A DNA stretch of 64,000 nt from Lama glama (taxonomy: Eukaryota): contig CM052816.1 of NCBI GenBank assembly GCA_028534125.1, positions 12,464,001-12,528,000 on the forward strand, given 5' to 3'. Both the position numbers and the translations under genes were made by a program. Shown one piece after another: positions 13,158-24,560 of this stretch (position 1 is the first letter of the stretch; each line of letters begins with the position of its first letter). The notes beneath the pieces are model-generated. The model did not search any database. It was not told where the DNA came from and worked only from the letters and a program-made list of their open reading frames with translations.

Positions 13158-14450
13158 AAATTATTATTAAATAACAAAATGGTAAAGTAAAAAACACAAG
13201 GTACATTAGAAAATACTTTTAGATGAGTGATAATGGAAATACAACGTAACAACACCTATGGGATTTAATCAAATCAGTGCTCAGAGAGAAATTTATATCT
13301 GGAAATGGCTATATAAAATGGCTATATATAAAAGAAGAAAGATCACAAATCACTAACCTAAACTTCTACCTTAAGAAATTAGAAGAAGAAGAGCAAACAA
13401 AACCCAAGAAGGCCAAACAAAAAAGGAAATAATGACTACTCCAGTAGTCATAAATAAAATACAAAATAGAAAAAAATAGAGAAAAATCAACAAAACCGAT
13501 TGTTGGTTCTTTGAAAAAAACTCAACAAAATTGATAAAAACTGACAAACATTTGGCTCTACTGAACAAAAACAGTAGAGAAGATTCAAATTATTAAAATC
13601 AGGAATGAAAGAAGAAATGTTACTATCAACACTACAGAAATTAAAGAAAAAAAGGATTACAAAGAATTACGGTGAACAACTGTATGTCAACAAATCGGAC
13701 AATTTAGATGAAACAGACAAATTTCTAGAAGGACACTAATTACTAAAACTGACTCCAGAAGCAAGAGAAAATCTGAATAGGTTTTTATCAAGTAAAGACA
13801 TGTAATTACTAGTTTAAAAATCTCCCACAGAGAACAGTCCAGGCTAAGATGTCTTTACTGATAAATTCTACCAAACATTCACAGAACAAGTAATACCAAT
13901 CTTTCAAAAACTGTTCCAAAAAATAGAAGAGGAGAAAATACTTCCTAACACAACTTATGAGGCCAATATTACCCTGATATTAGAAAAAGATATAAGAAAG
14001 AAAATAATGTAAAATATCTTTTATAAATATAGACACAAAAGCCTTAGCAACTTACCAGCAAACCCAATCCAGAAACATGTAAGGAAGCATTACACATAAT
14101 AACCAATGCAGATATAGCCCAGGAATGCAAGAATAATTTAACATCTAAACATCATTAATGTAATAAATCATTTAATAAAATAAAGGATAAAACTACATCA
14201 CCATCTCAGTAGATACAGAAAAAGCATTTTGATAGAAATGTTCTATAAATTAGAAAAGAGAGCTTCTGCAACCAAATAAATAAAGGACATCCACAGAAAC
14301 CCACAGTTAGCATCATAATTAATGGTGAAAAAATGAATGCTTTCTCCCTAAGACTGGGACAAAGACAAGGATGTCAACTCTCAGTACTTTATTCCACATA
14401 TTCTGAAGTTTCTAGCCTGGGCAATAAGGCAAGAAAAAATAAATAAAAGG

Positions 14451-14565
14451 TTAACCACTATATATCAAAATAGATAAAAAGCATATTTCTTCTGTACAGC
14501 ACAGGGAACTATACTCAATCTCTTGTAATAACCTTTAATGAAAAAGAATAGGAAAACAAAACAAA
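14451..14565 (+). mobile_element. Young L1 internal 3' UTR fragment
   Basis: ccactatatatcaaaatagataaa..ctgtacagcacagggaactatactcaatctcttgta is homologous to ~41966-42068; flanked by aaaagg repeats. Confidence 0.82.
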
Positions 14566-16569
14566 AAAAGGCATCCAGATTGGAGAGTGAAAAATAAAAG
14601 TATCTCTTTGAAGATGATATGATCTTGTATTAAAAAAATTCAAAGGAACTCAGAAAAAAAACTTATTAAACCTAAAAAATAAGCTCAGCACGTGTCAGAA
14701 TACAAGATAAATACACACACAAAAGAACTACTGAATTCTCATATAGTACCAATGAGTAATCCAAAAATGAAAGTAAGAAAACCTATAAAGTGGCATCAAA
14801 AAGAACACAACACTTCCGTATAAATTTAACAACAGAAGTGCAAGTCTTGCATACTAAAAACTACAAAAAAAAAACTATTGAAAGAAATTGAAGAATAACT
14901 AAATATCCTTCTTCAATGAAATGTTGAAATGTCCATGGATGGAATACTTAATATTATTAAGATGATAGCATTCCACGAATCAACCTGCAAATTCAAAGCT
15001 ATCCCTGTCAAAATTCCAGATGTGTTTTTTCCCCCAGAAACTGGCAAACTGATCTTAAAATCCACATGGAAATGGATGAGACTCAGAAGAACCAAAATGA
15101 CCTTGAAAAAGAAGAACAAAGTCAGAGGACTCATAATCCTGATTTCAAAGCTTAGTACAAAGCTACCATAATCAAAATAGTGTGAAAATACATACAGATG
15201 AACATATAAATTAATGGAATAAAATTGAGAGTCCATAAATAATATCTTACATTTATACTTACTGATTTCCATTAGCCACTTACAGGGGAACAAAGGTATT
15301 GTGTTTGGATTGTGGCTTCTGGAAGGGGCTTTTAGAGTGTATAGCAGTATTGTAGTCCTTGATTTGAAGAGTACCAAGGCAATCAATGTGAAAAGAACAG
15401 TCTTTTTAACAAATGGTATAGGAACAACTTAGGAAAAATACAGCAATAAATCCTTTTATTGTTAGGCTAGCCAATGGTTTCTTAGATATGACTAAAGATA
15501 GAATCAACAACAACAATAAAATTAAGTGAGCCACATTAAAATTATCAACTCTGTGCTTCAAATGATACTACAGAAAAAGTGAAGAAGATAACCCACAGAA
15601 TGGGATAAAACAGTCGTAAGTCATGTATCTGATAAGGTTCTTGCATCTAGAATATATAAACACTCTCACAACTCAATAAAGAAAAGGTACATAACCCAAT
15701 TTAAAAATGGACAAAGGATCTAAACAGACACTCCCCTCCAGAAGATCTACACTTAGTCAAGAAACATATAAAGACACACTCAACATTATTAGTCATTAGA
15801 GAGATACAAATCAAAGCTACAATGAGATACTACTTAACACCTAAAAGGATGGTTATAATCAAAAAGTCAGATAATGGTAAGTCTTAACAAGGATCTGAAG
15901 AAACTGAAACCCTCATACTTTAGAGATGGAAATGTAAAATGGTGCTGCCAGTTTGGAACAGTTCAGCAATTTCTCAAAAAGGTAAATATAAAATTAATCT
16001 ATAATGCATCAATTCCACAACTAGGTGTACCCAAGAGAAATTTTTAAATATTCCACACAAAAATGTATATTTGAATGTTTACAGCACCATGATTCATTAT
16101 AGACAAAGAGTGAAAACAACTCAAATATCCATTAAGTCATAAATACAAATACACAAAATACAATACGTATCTATACAACAGAATGTTACTCATTATTAAA
16201 AAGAAATGAAGTACTGATACAGGCTCCAACATGAATGAACCTTAAAAACATTATGTTAAGTGAAAGAAATCAAGTACAGGTAACATATATTATATGATTC
16301 CCTTTATATGAAACATTTAGAATAGGCAAATCCATAGATTAGTGGTTGGCTAAGCCTTAAGGGTGGGATGTGGTGGGGTGGGATATGAAATAACTCCTAT
16401 GGGTACAGGGTTTCTTTTGGGAGGAGATGAAATATTCTAAAATTAGATTGTGGTGATGCTTTCTCAACTATGTGAATATATTTTAAAAACTTTGTATTGT
16501 ATGTTTTAAGTGGGTGAATTTTATGACATGTGAGTTTTATCTCAATAAAGAGTTAAAAATAAATATAAC

Positions 16570-17140
16570 AAAATTAAATAATAGAACCGGCATGTCACTA
16601 TTTTACAAATAACAATGAATTAATAGATACAGGTACTAAATATCAATGGCTACTATTCACAAAATGCGAGACAATCAGAAATGTGTCTCCATGATCCAGC
16701 CAAGGAATCTACTGAATTGGAGGCAGTCCCTAGACACAGTTGCTATTTTGCAGAAATTACAGAGGACAGAGGAGTACACTGAATTACCTGATGTGTTTAC
16801 ATTCAGCCACATCCAAACTCTGAGAAACTCCACAGTTCAAACAGCTTGAGCTTTCAACAGTTTAATTGTAATGCAAAGAAAGTGATGGAGGAATAACTAT
16901 AAAGATGTCAAAGAAATGTTCAGTATAAAAGTTAGGGTGGTGGTCACTTACAGGGGGAACAAAAGTATTGTGTTTGGATCGGGGCTCATGGAAGGGGCTT
17001 TTAGAGTGTCTAGCAGTGTTGTATTCCTTGATCTGGCTGCAATTACAAAAATGTTTGCTTTAGAATAATTCATTGTGACACTTTTTGCTTTGTATAGTTT
17101 TCTACATCCATGGGTTTCTTTTTTAAATAAAAGTTCAATT
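16570..17140 (+). mobile_element. L1MC5-like 3' UTR, right piece, with polyA signal
   Basis: aatgaattaatagatacaggtactaaatatcaatggcta..ttacagaggacagagga..; ends aataaaagtt. Confidence 0.65.
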
Positions 17141-17149
17141 AATTCAATA

Positions 17150-17340
17150 AATTATTACTCTGCAAGTAGTACTGAGAATAGATTTTGGATTTCAGCAAAA
17201 GAAGATTAAAACCAAGGAGAACAGATAGGAAGCTAGTTAAGAGGCAGAGGCTGTTAGGGTATGTATGAAGCAAAGAGGTATATTAGTAGGATTCACTGGC
17301 CAACTGGATGAAGTGTGTGAGGAAGAAGTAGAAGATGATG
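17150..17340 (-). mobile_element. L2 fragment (right part)
   Basis: attactctgcaagtagtactgagaatagatt..aaccaaggagaacagataggaagcta continues the L2 broken at ~7422. Confidence 0.5.
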
Positions 17341-17410
17341 ACTTGCAGGCTGATGGCTCAGGTCAGCATGAGATAAGGAACAGAGGAAAAGGAACACTCT
17401 TTCTCCCCAC

Positions 17411-17986
17411 TGACAGCCTTTGATGATTGATTTTCCCTGCCCAGCAGCCATTTTGACAGTATTAGGAAAAGCCATATTTTCTTGGTGACTCTCATCCTCA
17501 GCTCATTGGGTTCAAATGACTGTCTCCACCTGTGCTCCAGGGAGTGCCCAGTGACCCAGGCCTGGCTAAGCAAAGGATAATTAATATACCATGACACAGT
17601 GATTGGTGCAGGTATGGGCACGTGACCCAAGCTAGATTTGCTGGAACTAAGGGAATGGGACCATCTCTTGTTCTCCTAGACTAGGAGGTATAAAGCTTTA
17701 GATGTATTGGTGCTGTGGCTACCACGAAGTGAGAACTTGCCTAGGAGTGAGGTCAACACTGTGGGAAACAGAGCAAACAGACGGACACACAGAGTTCACA
17801 TATATGCTCACACAGAGTGTTAATGCCATAGATTTAGCTCTCGGATCTAGTCAAGTCTGAAGATTGGCTATTCCTACACTTTTCAGCTATGTGTGAGCCA
17901 TTATCTTCCAATCACTCCTTATTTTTTTTTTCCCAGAGCAAGTTCGATTTTTGTCCACTGAAAATGAAAATATCTTGATTAACACA
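17411..17986 (+). mobile_element. MaLR solo LTR (MLT1K-like)
   Basis: gtgacccaggcctggctaagc, acagtgattggtgcaggtatgggcacgtgacccaa, 3' end aaaatatcttgattaacaca. Confidence 0.8.
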
Positions 17987-18027
17987 GGGACCAAACATTA
18001 AAATGTTTCCAGAGTACTCAGCTGCGT

Positions 18028-18324
18028 AAGCACTGGCCACTCACATAAGCACTCACTTATGTGAGCCATGTAAGTTATTTTAAATTTTCTGGTAGCCACA
18101 TTTAAAAAAAGGTAAAAAGAAAAGGGAGGGATTAATTTTTAGAATATGTTTTATTTAACCCTATATATACTTTAAAAATTACTGTTAGAATGCTTTCTTT
18201 CTGTACGAAGCCTTTGACATCTACTGTGTATTTTACTCTTACAGCACATCTCAGTTGAGGCTGGCCTCATTTCAAGTGCTTAACAACCACATGCGGCTGG
18301 TATCTATCTTACTGGGCAACAAAG
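18028..18324 (+). mobile_element. MER33 hAT-Charlie element
   Basis: ttttaaattttctggtagccacatttaaaaaaaggtaaaaaga..ttacagcacatctcag..catttcaagtgcttaacaaccacatgcggctgg. Confidence 0.85.
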
Positions 18325-18591
18325 CTGTAGGCCATTCTCTATCTTTTCCCAACAGAGTCTCCCTGAAGTTTCCTGAATCCCACAATAGTATTTTAGAATT
18401 GTCAGATACCTTAACTGTCCCGTGCCACATTCTCATTTTATAGATGAAGATAGTAATAATACCCTAGACTGTTGAAAGCAAGTTAGTTGCAGAGCTGGAA
18501 TCCATAAAGAGCAATAAGAAAAACTGCCCTCAGTCCTGAATGCTTATAATGTGTCAGTGTTGATACTGGTGGGGCAGGCTTGTTTGTTAGC

Positions 18592-19262
18592 TGTTATGTT
18601 TGTGTTTGGCTGTCCAGTATTAACTCCTTCCTAGCTGAGAAAATTAATAATATTAAGAGATAACATCTGGTGGGCTTATTGTGTGTCAGATATTGTTCTA
18701 AGAACTTGACACCTACTGATGCATTCAATCCTTAGGATAATTCTAATGAGGTAAATATCTCAACCATCCTCATTTTACCCACGATGCATAAATGGATTAA
18801 GGATTTGGGCCAGGACTTGAACCCAGGGCACCTGGATCTCAAATCCATGCTATTAATCATTCCAGTACTCTTCCTTCATGGTCTCGTTGGAGGCAGCATT
18901 ATGTGTTCCATCAGAGAGGAGAAATGAGGCAGTTACTTCTTCTCCTTGTCCCTGGCAGCCTGGGTATTGCGGTCTTAACTCAGGCTTGGCCAACTGATGA
19001 CTACCATTTGGAAACTGAAACCTTGGGGAAATGGTGAGACATGAATGTGTATATGAATTTATTCACAGTGGAGACCACGGGCACTCCAGCCAGATTGTGC
19101 TTGTAGCCAACCTTCCGAGGACCTCATTTCTTGTCTTCTGGAACTGAATATAGCCTCCTATTAATCTAAGAAGTCCTGATACATTTGCAGTAAATGCTCT
19201 TTTGCTTGAAACATCCAGAGTCAATTTTTGTAATCTACAATCAGGAATGTTGATCAACAGCA
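18592..19262 (+). mobile_element. Old ERVL/MaLR-type LTR (LTR33/MLT1L-like) interrupted by a MIR
   Basis: 3' end agtaaatgctcttttgcttgaaacatccagagtcaatttttgtaatctacaatcaggaa is typical of old ERVL LTRs. Confidence 0.5.
18646..18870 (-). mobile_element. MIR SINE
   Basis: gggcttattgtgtgtcagatattgttctaag..atcctcatttta..gccaggacttgaacccagg. Confidence 0.8.
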
Positions 19263-20039
19263 ATTTGAAATATTATTACAACCATTTTATGCAGGAAGAA
19301 ACTAAATCTTTTTTAAAAAGTTAAATATTTTCCCTAGTATTGCCTAGGAAGCAGCTGACAGAGCGACACTTAGACCTAGTCCTCTAGTGTCTTAACTACC
19401 TGCTATCCTGGGACTAGACTCTAGGTCTCCTGACCCTAAGGTCAGTTTTCTTTCCATGACACAAATTCCCTAGGCCAGAAACAATAGCCTTTTAAAGGGA
19501 GGACAGAAAGATAAAATAAAGTGCATCGTTTTTCATATGGTCTCTAAAAATTCAATCCTTAGAAGAGAAGGCTCAACAGTATGGCAGGGCAGTGCAAGAG
19601 ATATTTAAGAAACGTGGTAATCATAATCGGTGGTTGGCAGTCAGCTCCATTTGCCACTACAGCATATCTACCTCTTGCAAAGTGTAAACACTTATTAAAG
19701 TCCCACAAGACTTTAGCTTTAGAACAACAGAGAGGAAAAAAGAGTCAAGACTTGGACAGCTTCTACTCTGGAGTCACATCTATACAACAGGTCACTGAGT
19801 TAAAACCAATGCTGTTTCCATGGGGAACTAGATAGAGCAGCTCTATAAATACACTCCTACAAACACAGCTGCTCTTTGCCCCCTGGGGGTGTGGATGGCT
19901 GAAAGCAATGTGCCGGAGAGTGGAGTCAAGATAAAACTACACATACACATGCACACACACATACACACACGCACATTACAGTGTACTCATGAGCACACGA
20001 TTACACAAAAACAACAGCCACCACACAACAAAATCCCCT

Positions 20040-20250
20040 CTCCATTAATGCTGGCAAAAGTTTGGAGAGAAGGGAAATCCCAGATACTATTAACAGAAGT
20101 GTAAATCAACTCAACTGGTTTGAAACACAATTGGTAATATTTATCAAACTTAAATATGTAGATCCTTTGTCCAAGCCATCCCACTTCTAGGGTAATATGG
20201 AATGGGCCTATCTGCAAGGATATTTACTGCGGAATTCTGTTTGTAGCAGC
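20040..20250 (+). mobile_element. Ancient L1 (L1ME-like) ORF2 3' fragment
   Basis: aatgctggcaaaagtttggagagaaggg..gaagtgtaaatc..ccaagccatcccacttctagg. Confidence 0.6.
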
Positions 20251-22432
20251 CTAATAATGTGTTCATTTAAAGGGGACTGATAATTGTTGCAGATTCACGT
20301 TTTGAAATGTAAAGCTGATGTTGAAAGAATCAGTTAAGTCACTGTGAGAATACGAAGTGACATTCCTGATAACTTGGTCTGGTGAAAAGCAAGTGGAGGA
20401 ATCACATGCTAGTAGGTAGATTAGATCAACAGGCAAATAGACACACTGATCTGAAATGACACTGCTTTCCCCTCTTTCCATACGTTAATTCATTTAAACC
20501 TCACAACAAACCTGTGAGGGTGATACCATTGTTACCTCTGATTTATAAACAAGGGAACCTTGCAAGTTACAGAGACTAAGATACGTTAAGGTCTTATCTG
20601 TTCAGCAGAATGAAGAGGGTAAGGGGTCAACAATCAGTTTTTCCTTTATATAATCCCATATGGTGTTATTTCTCTTCAAAATACTACCATTTTTTATGAA
20701 GCTAAAAAAAATAACAAAGAAAAAAATACCAGGAATATCTTTTTAAGAAACCCAGAAAAACTGTGAACCCCACAGATCCTATCACTTCCCTCCGGTGCCC
20801 TCCCCACCTAAGCCCACAGCACATTTCTCAGCTCCCTTCTTCATGTGCCTCCCTTCTCCACTTTGAAATGACACAAAAAACTCTGCTCCTCTCATTTCCT
20901 CAGAGATGGTCCACCCAGCTAATAGTCTTGGAAATGCGTGTTGATATTCAGACTAAAGGCACCTTCACTCAGTTGCTTCCCACAATGTGCATGACATTAA
21001 AAATGCAGAACAAAGTGCTTTATGTGACCCACTGCATAGTAACTACCACTACATCCAACTGTGCTATGACAAGTATTTTAGATACTGATTAGGCCAACAT
21101 TCTGATCACTTCAGCTAGAATGAGAGAGTCAGCTTTGGGTGATTCCTTTAAAACATTATCAGCTTTGTTCAGTTGCAATCAACTCCTTGTACCAAATCCA
21201 AAAGGGTATCAATGTATTGCATGACATCAAGACTGATTGAAAAACGGGGGTGTAAGTAAATGAGAGGATGCATGAGGCCAAGGGGCCTTAATCTTCCCTC
21301 CTTCTGGCCTTTCAAGAGGATTACCGTAATTCACAGCAGAAATAGTATTTCATGAGCTACACGTTCCTCCCTCATTTAACATCCGCATGCCAAATAGTAT
21401 GTTTATGAATGTTGCTTTGTCCTCTGTGAAGTACAATCAGGTTAACTACTGATCCCTGCATCAGCCACAAACACATGACCACTTCTAATGTCAAATAAAG
21501 GGGTGTCACTTCTTGGCTGGAGAGTGGATTTCGGGCTTTAAAATAAGAGACAAAAGATCACCCAGAAAGGTAAAGTTGCCCATGTGGTCAGCTCACTCTT
21601 GAGAGTTAATTATGTCCGAACAGTAAACATTTCTGTAACAACCCCTGAGATAAGGCGACTGTCACAGATGAGTAATTTCTCAGCTCAACAAAATGGCCCA
21701 GTGCACAGTTTTGTTTCACTGAAGAACGCAATTAGCTTTTAGTGTGCTGCAAAGTGGGAAACAATTTCACAGATTAGTAGAGCTGAGGGTTCTGTCGGCT
21801 GGTGATGTCGCATGTGGTGAGAACCACTTCCCACTGCCTTCTTGGGCCAGCATAATCAGCAGATGATAACATGACACCCGAGGGCAGCTGCTTCCACTGA
21901 CAGGCTCCTAACCAACACTATGCATTAGTTTAAAAACCTGGTGACAGCAATGACAACGACAAAGAAATAATACATACCACCACAGTGTTCTTCATACACA
22001 AAAGGGTGTGACCCAGTATTTAGAACAGGAAAGACAAAGTTTCAAGGACTTCAAACATCATCATTATTGCAGACATGTTAACGCCACCAGGCACACTAAG
22101 AAAGAATGGGCCCATCTAATAAAGCAGGAGGAGGAACTTCTCACATCTACTTGGGAAGTCAGAAAAGCTGGCTGCTATGTCATCTGCTGGTTTTCTGTTT
22201 ATTATTAAATGTCAAGGAAGCAATAATTACAGAGGCAGAAAATAAGAGGTCTAGAGACTTGATTTGGCCAGAGTATCCGTTATTTTTAGCAGACACTTTG
22301 AAATAATTTTTCTTAAACTATAAGACAATTTTTAAAAATTAGGAGATGTTACATACAAATCTAGAGTTGCAATTTTTCTTGAACACTCAGGAAATCTGGA
22401 TTGTTACGTTCTTATGCAGCAGGGGGCTTGAG

Positions 22433-22932
22433 NNNNNNNNNNNNNNNNNNNNNNNNNNNNNNNNNNNNNNNNNNNNNNNNNNNNNNNNNNNNNNNNNNNN
22501 NNNNNNNNNNNNNNNNNNNNNNNNNNNNNNNNNNNNNNNNNNNNNNNNNNNNNNNNNNNNNNNNNNNNNNNNNNNNNNNNNNNNNNNNNNNNNNNNNNNN
22601 NNNNNNNNNNNNNNNNNNNNNNNNNNNNNNNNNNNNNNNNNNNNNNNNNNNNNNNNNNNNNNNNNNNNNNNNNNNNNNNNNNNNNNNNNNNNNNNNNNNN
22701 NNNNNNNNNNNNNNNNNNNNNNNNNNNNNNNNNNNNNNNNNNNNNNNNNNNNNNNNNNNNNNNNNNNNNNNNNNNNNNNNNNNNNNNNNNNNNNNNNNNN
22801 NNNNNNNNNNNNNNNNNNNNNNNNNNNNNNNNNNNNNNNNNNNNNNNNNNNNNNNNNNNNNNNNNNNNNNNNNNNNNNNNNNNNNNNNNNNNNNNNNNNN
22901 NNNNNNNNNNNNNNNNNNNNNNNNNNNNNNNN
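22433..22932. other. Assembly gap (500 N)
   Basis: Run of 500 N, probably a fixed-size placeholder. Confidence 0.99.
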
Positions 22933-23042
22933 CTATAAAATGTTAACTGGGAAAGCAATATGCAGAAAATTCATTCCAGGGATGTTGCCAGTAAAGATGG
23001 AGAGACCCTCTGTTTGTTTGGCTGGAGGGATGGGAGTCTAGA

Positions 23043-23262
23043 GCAGTACCCTCACACTCTTCCCCAGGGGGAGAAAAGGCCTCATCTGTCACATGGAAAG
23101 ATCCTAGGAAACCAGTTCCCACTGAAGCACTAACGGCAGTTGATGGCTGACCATATTACCTGTCTCGTTGCTTAAAGTCTTTCTCACTGAATCCAGACAC
23201 AGTTCTTCTCACAGTTAATTGATCAGAATTGGCACTTACGATGAAACAGTTTGCCATCCCTG
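23043..23262 (-). mobile_element. hAT DNA transposon remnant (MER102-like terminus)
   Basis: aattgatcagaattggcacttacgatgaaacagtttgccatccctg resembles the reverse of the MER102 5' end; preceded by the hAT-type target gtctagag. Confidence 0.45.
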
Positions 23263-23264
23263 AT

Positions 23265-23410
23265 TTAATTCAATCTGTGTCACTGTGGAGATGAGAAATT
23301 TGAGGTCTATAGAAGTGAAATGACTTGCCTGAGGCAACACAAAAAGTTGGTTTCACAGCCAGGTATAGTAGCCAATTCTCTGACTCCTAGTAAAACGCAT
23401 CTGCCACAGC
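23265..23410 (-). mobile_element. MIR SINE
   Basis: gagatgagaaatttgaggtctatagaagtgaaatgacttgcctgaggcaacaca core. Confidence 0.8.
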
Positions 23411-24029
23411 CAACATGACAAACACAGAGATCTCATTCTCTTACGCCGCCTGACCTTTCCTCTCACTTCCCTCAGCATCTCTGGGTGTTCTCCTCCATCT
23501 TGGTCAGTAATTCCCATTCCAAATGTTCTATCTTTTTATTTTAAGTAAACAGTGAGTTATGCCCATGGAATATGAAACAAAGCTAATTAGTAACTGGAAG
23601 ATAAGCACATTTCCAAAGTTAGAAGGGAAAATGAAGTCTCTGGTGTTGCTGCTCTGCTTTGTTTTAAAAAAAAGAAAATGACCACACAAGGAACCTGCAC
23701 AGGGACCGTGTTCTCTGAGACATCATGTAGTCTAGCGGAGCTTGGACATTTCATTTTGCATTTACTTCTTTTCCCCCATTGCTATCATTTTCATCATCTT
23801 ACAGCCTATAACCTATCTGCTCCTTCCTCAACCCATTTCCTTCTTTTTTCTATTTCTCCTCTCTCTGACCGTCCGTCTGTCTGTCTGTCTCTCTCTTTTT
23901 TTAACTTTTTGCTTTGATCTCTGGATGTTAAAGGTATTTGTGAACATGTCTTAGTTTCCTAACAGGCTCTCCCTGTCTACCTTATTCATCTTTATATTTC
24001 TCATTTTAGTTCCCTTTAATTGTTGTCGT

Positions 24030-24560
24030 TCAGGCAAAGTTTGCTATCATTTCCCACCCCTAATTTCACCTTTTCTTGTAATACTCCTTCATTTCTTGGG
24101 GCATAGCTTCTCTTCAACTCACAAGGTGGTTGTCTTGGTAACTGTCAATCATGGTACCCTGTCACCAGCCAAATATGGAGGCATGACCCAGGTCTGGCCA
24201 GTCAGCCTACCATTCCCACCCCCACGCCTCATGATTGGTTAAAGGAAGGTGTTGGACCCATGCTGGACCAGAGTCCTTCACAAGACTGTTTAAGCTGACC
24301 TGTCAAATCTTGGGTCACTCAAATAAAGTGGTGTTAGTTCACTGCCTGAGGTCATGTTCCCTCGTGTTCAGGCAGGAACGTCCTATAGTTAAAGAGAATG
24401 AAAACACCTTGTAGAGGGAAACATAAGTCATAGGAAACCCAGCTTTCTTCTCTTCTCTGTATTCTGTAAGCTACACCAGCACCCTTCAAATAAACTGTCT
24501 TTTGTTTGAGCTTGCTCACGTTGGATTTTTGTCATTTTCAACCCAATACACTCTTAACGC
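24030..24560 (+). mobile_element. MaLR LTR (MLT1K/L-like)
   Basis: gcatgacccaggtctggccagtcag, tgattggttaaagga, aataaactgtcttttgtttgagcttgctcacgttggatttttgtcattttcaacc. Confidence 0.7.

Larger units (their letters stand above)
11089..16565 (+). mobile_element. 5.5-kb degenerate L1 (L1MB7-like): 3' ORF1, ORF2, 3' UTR
   Basis: ORF1 remnant PIRLTTDF..QPRILYAAKLSF (~11340-11465); endonuclease IIVGDFNT (~12792); RT RQGCQLS (~14363) and LFEDDMILY (~14605); 3' end ttttatctcaataaagagttaaaaa; many stops and frameshifts. Confidence 0.95.

Noticed and set aside
13303..13329. Tandem duplication of aaatggctatata
   Set aside because: Ordinary slippage within a dead L1
14913..15386. 157-aa minus-strand hydrophobic ORF and similar ORFs at 11.5-13.6 kb
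   Set aside because: Antisense reading of A-rich L1 sequence
22346..23041. Long ORFs across the first gap (also 40945-41617)
   Set aside because: Artefacts of translating N runs
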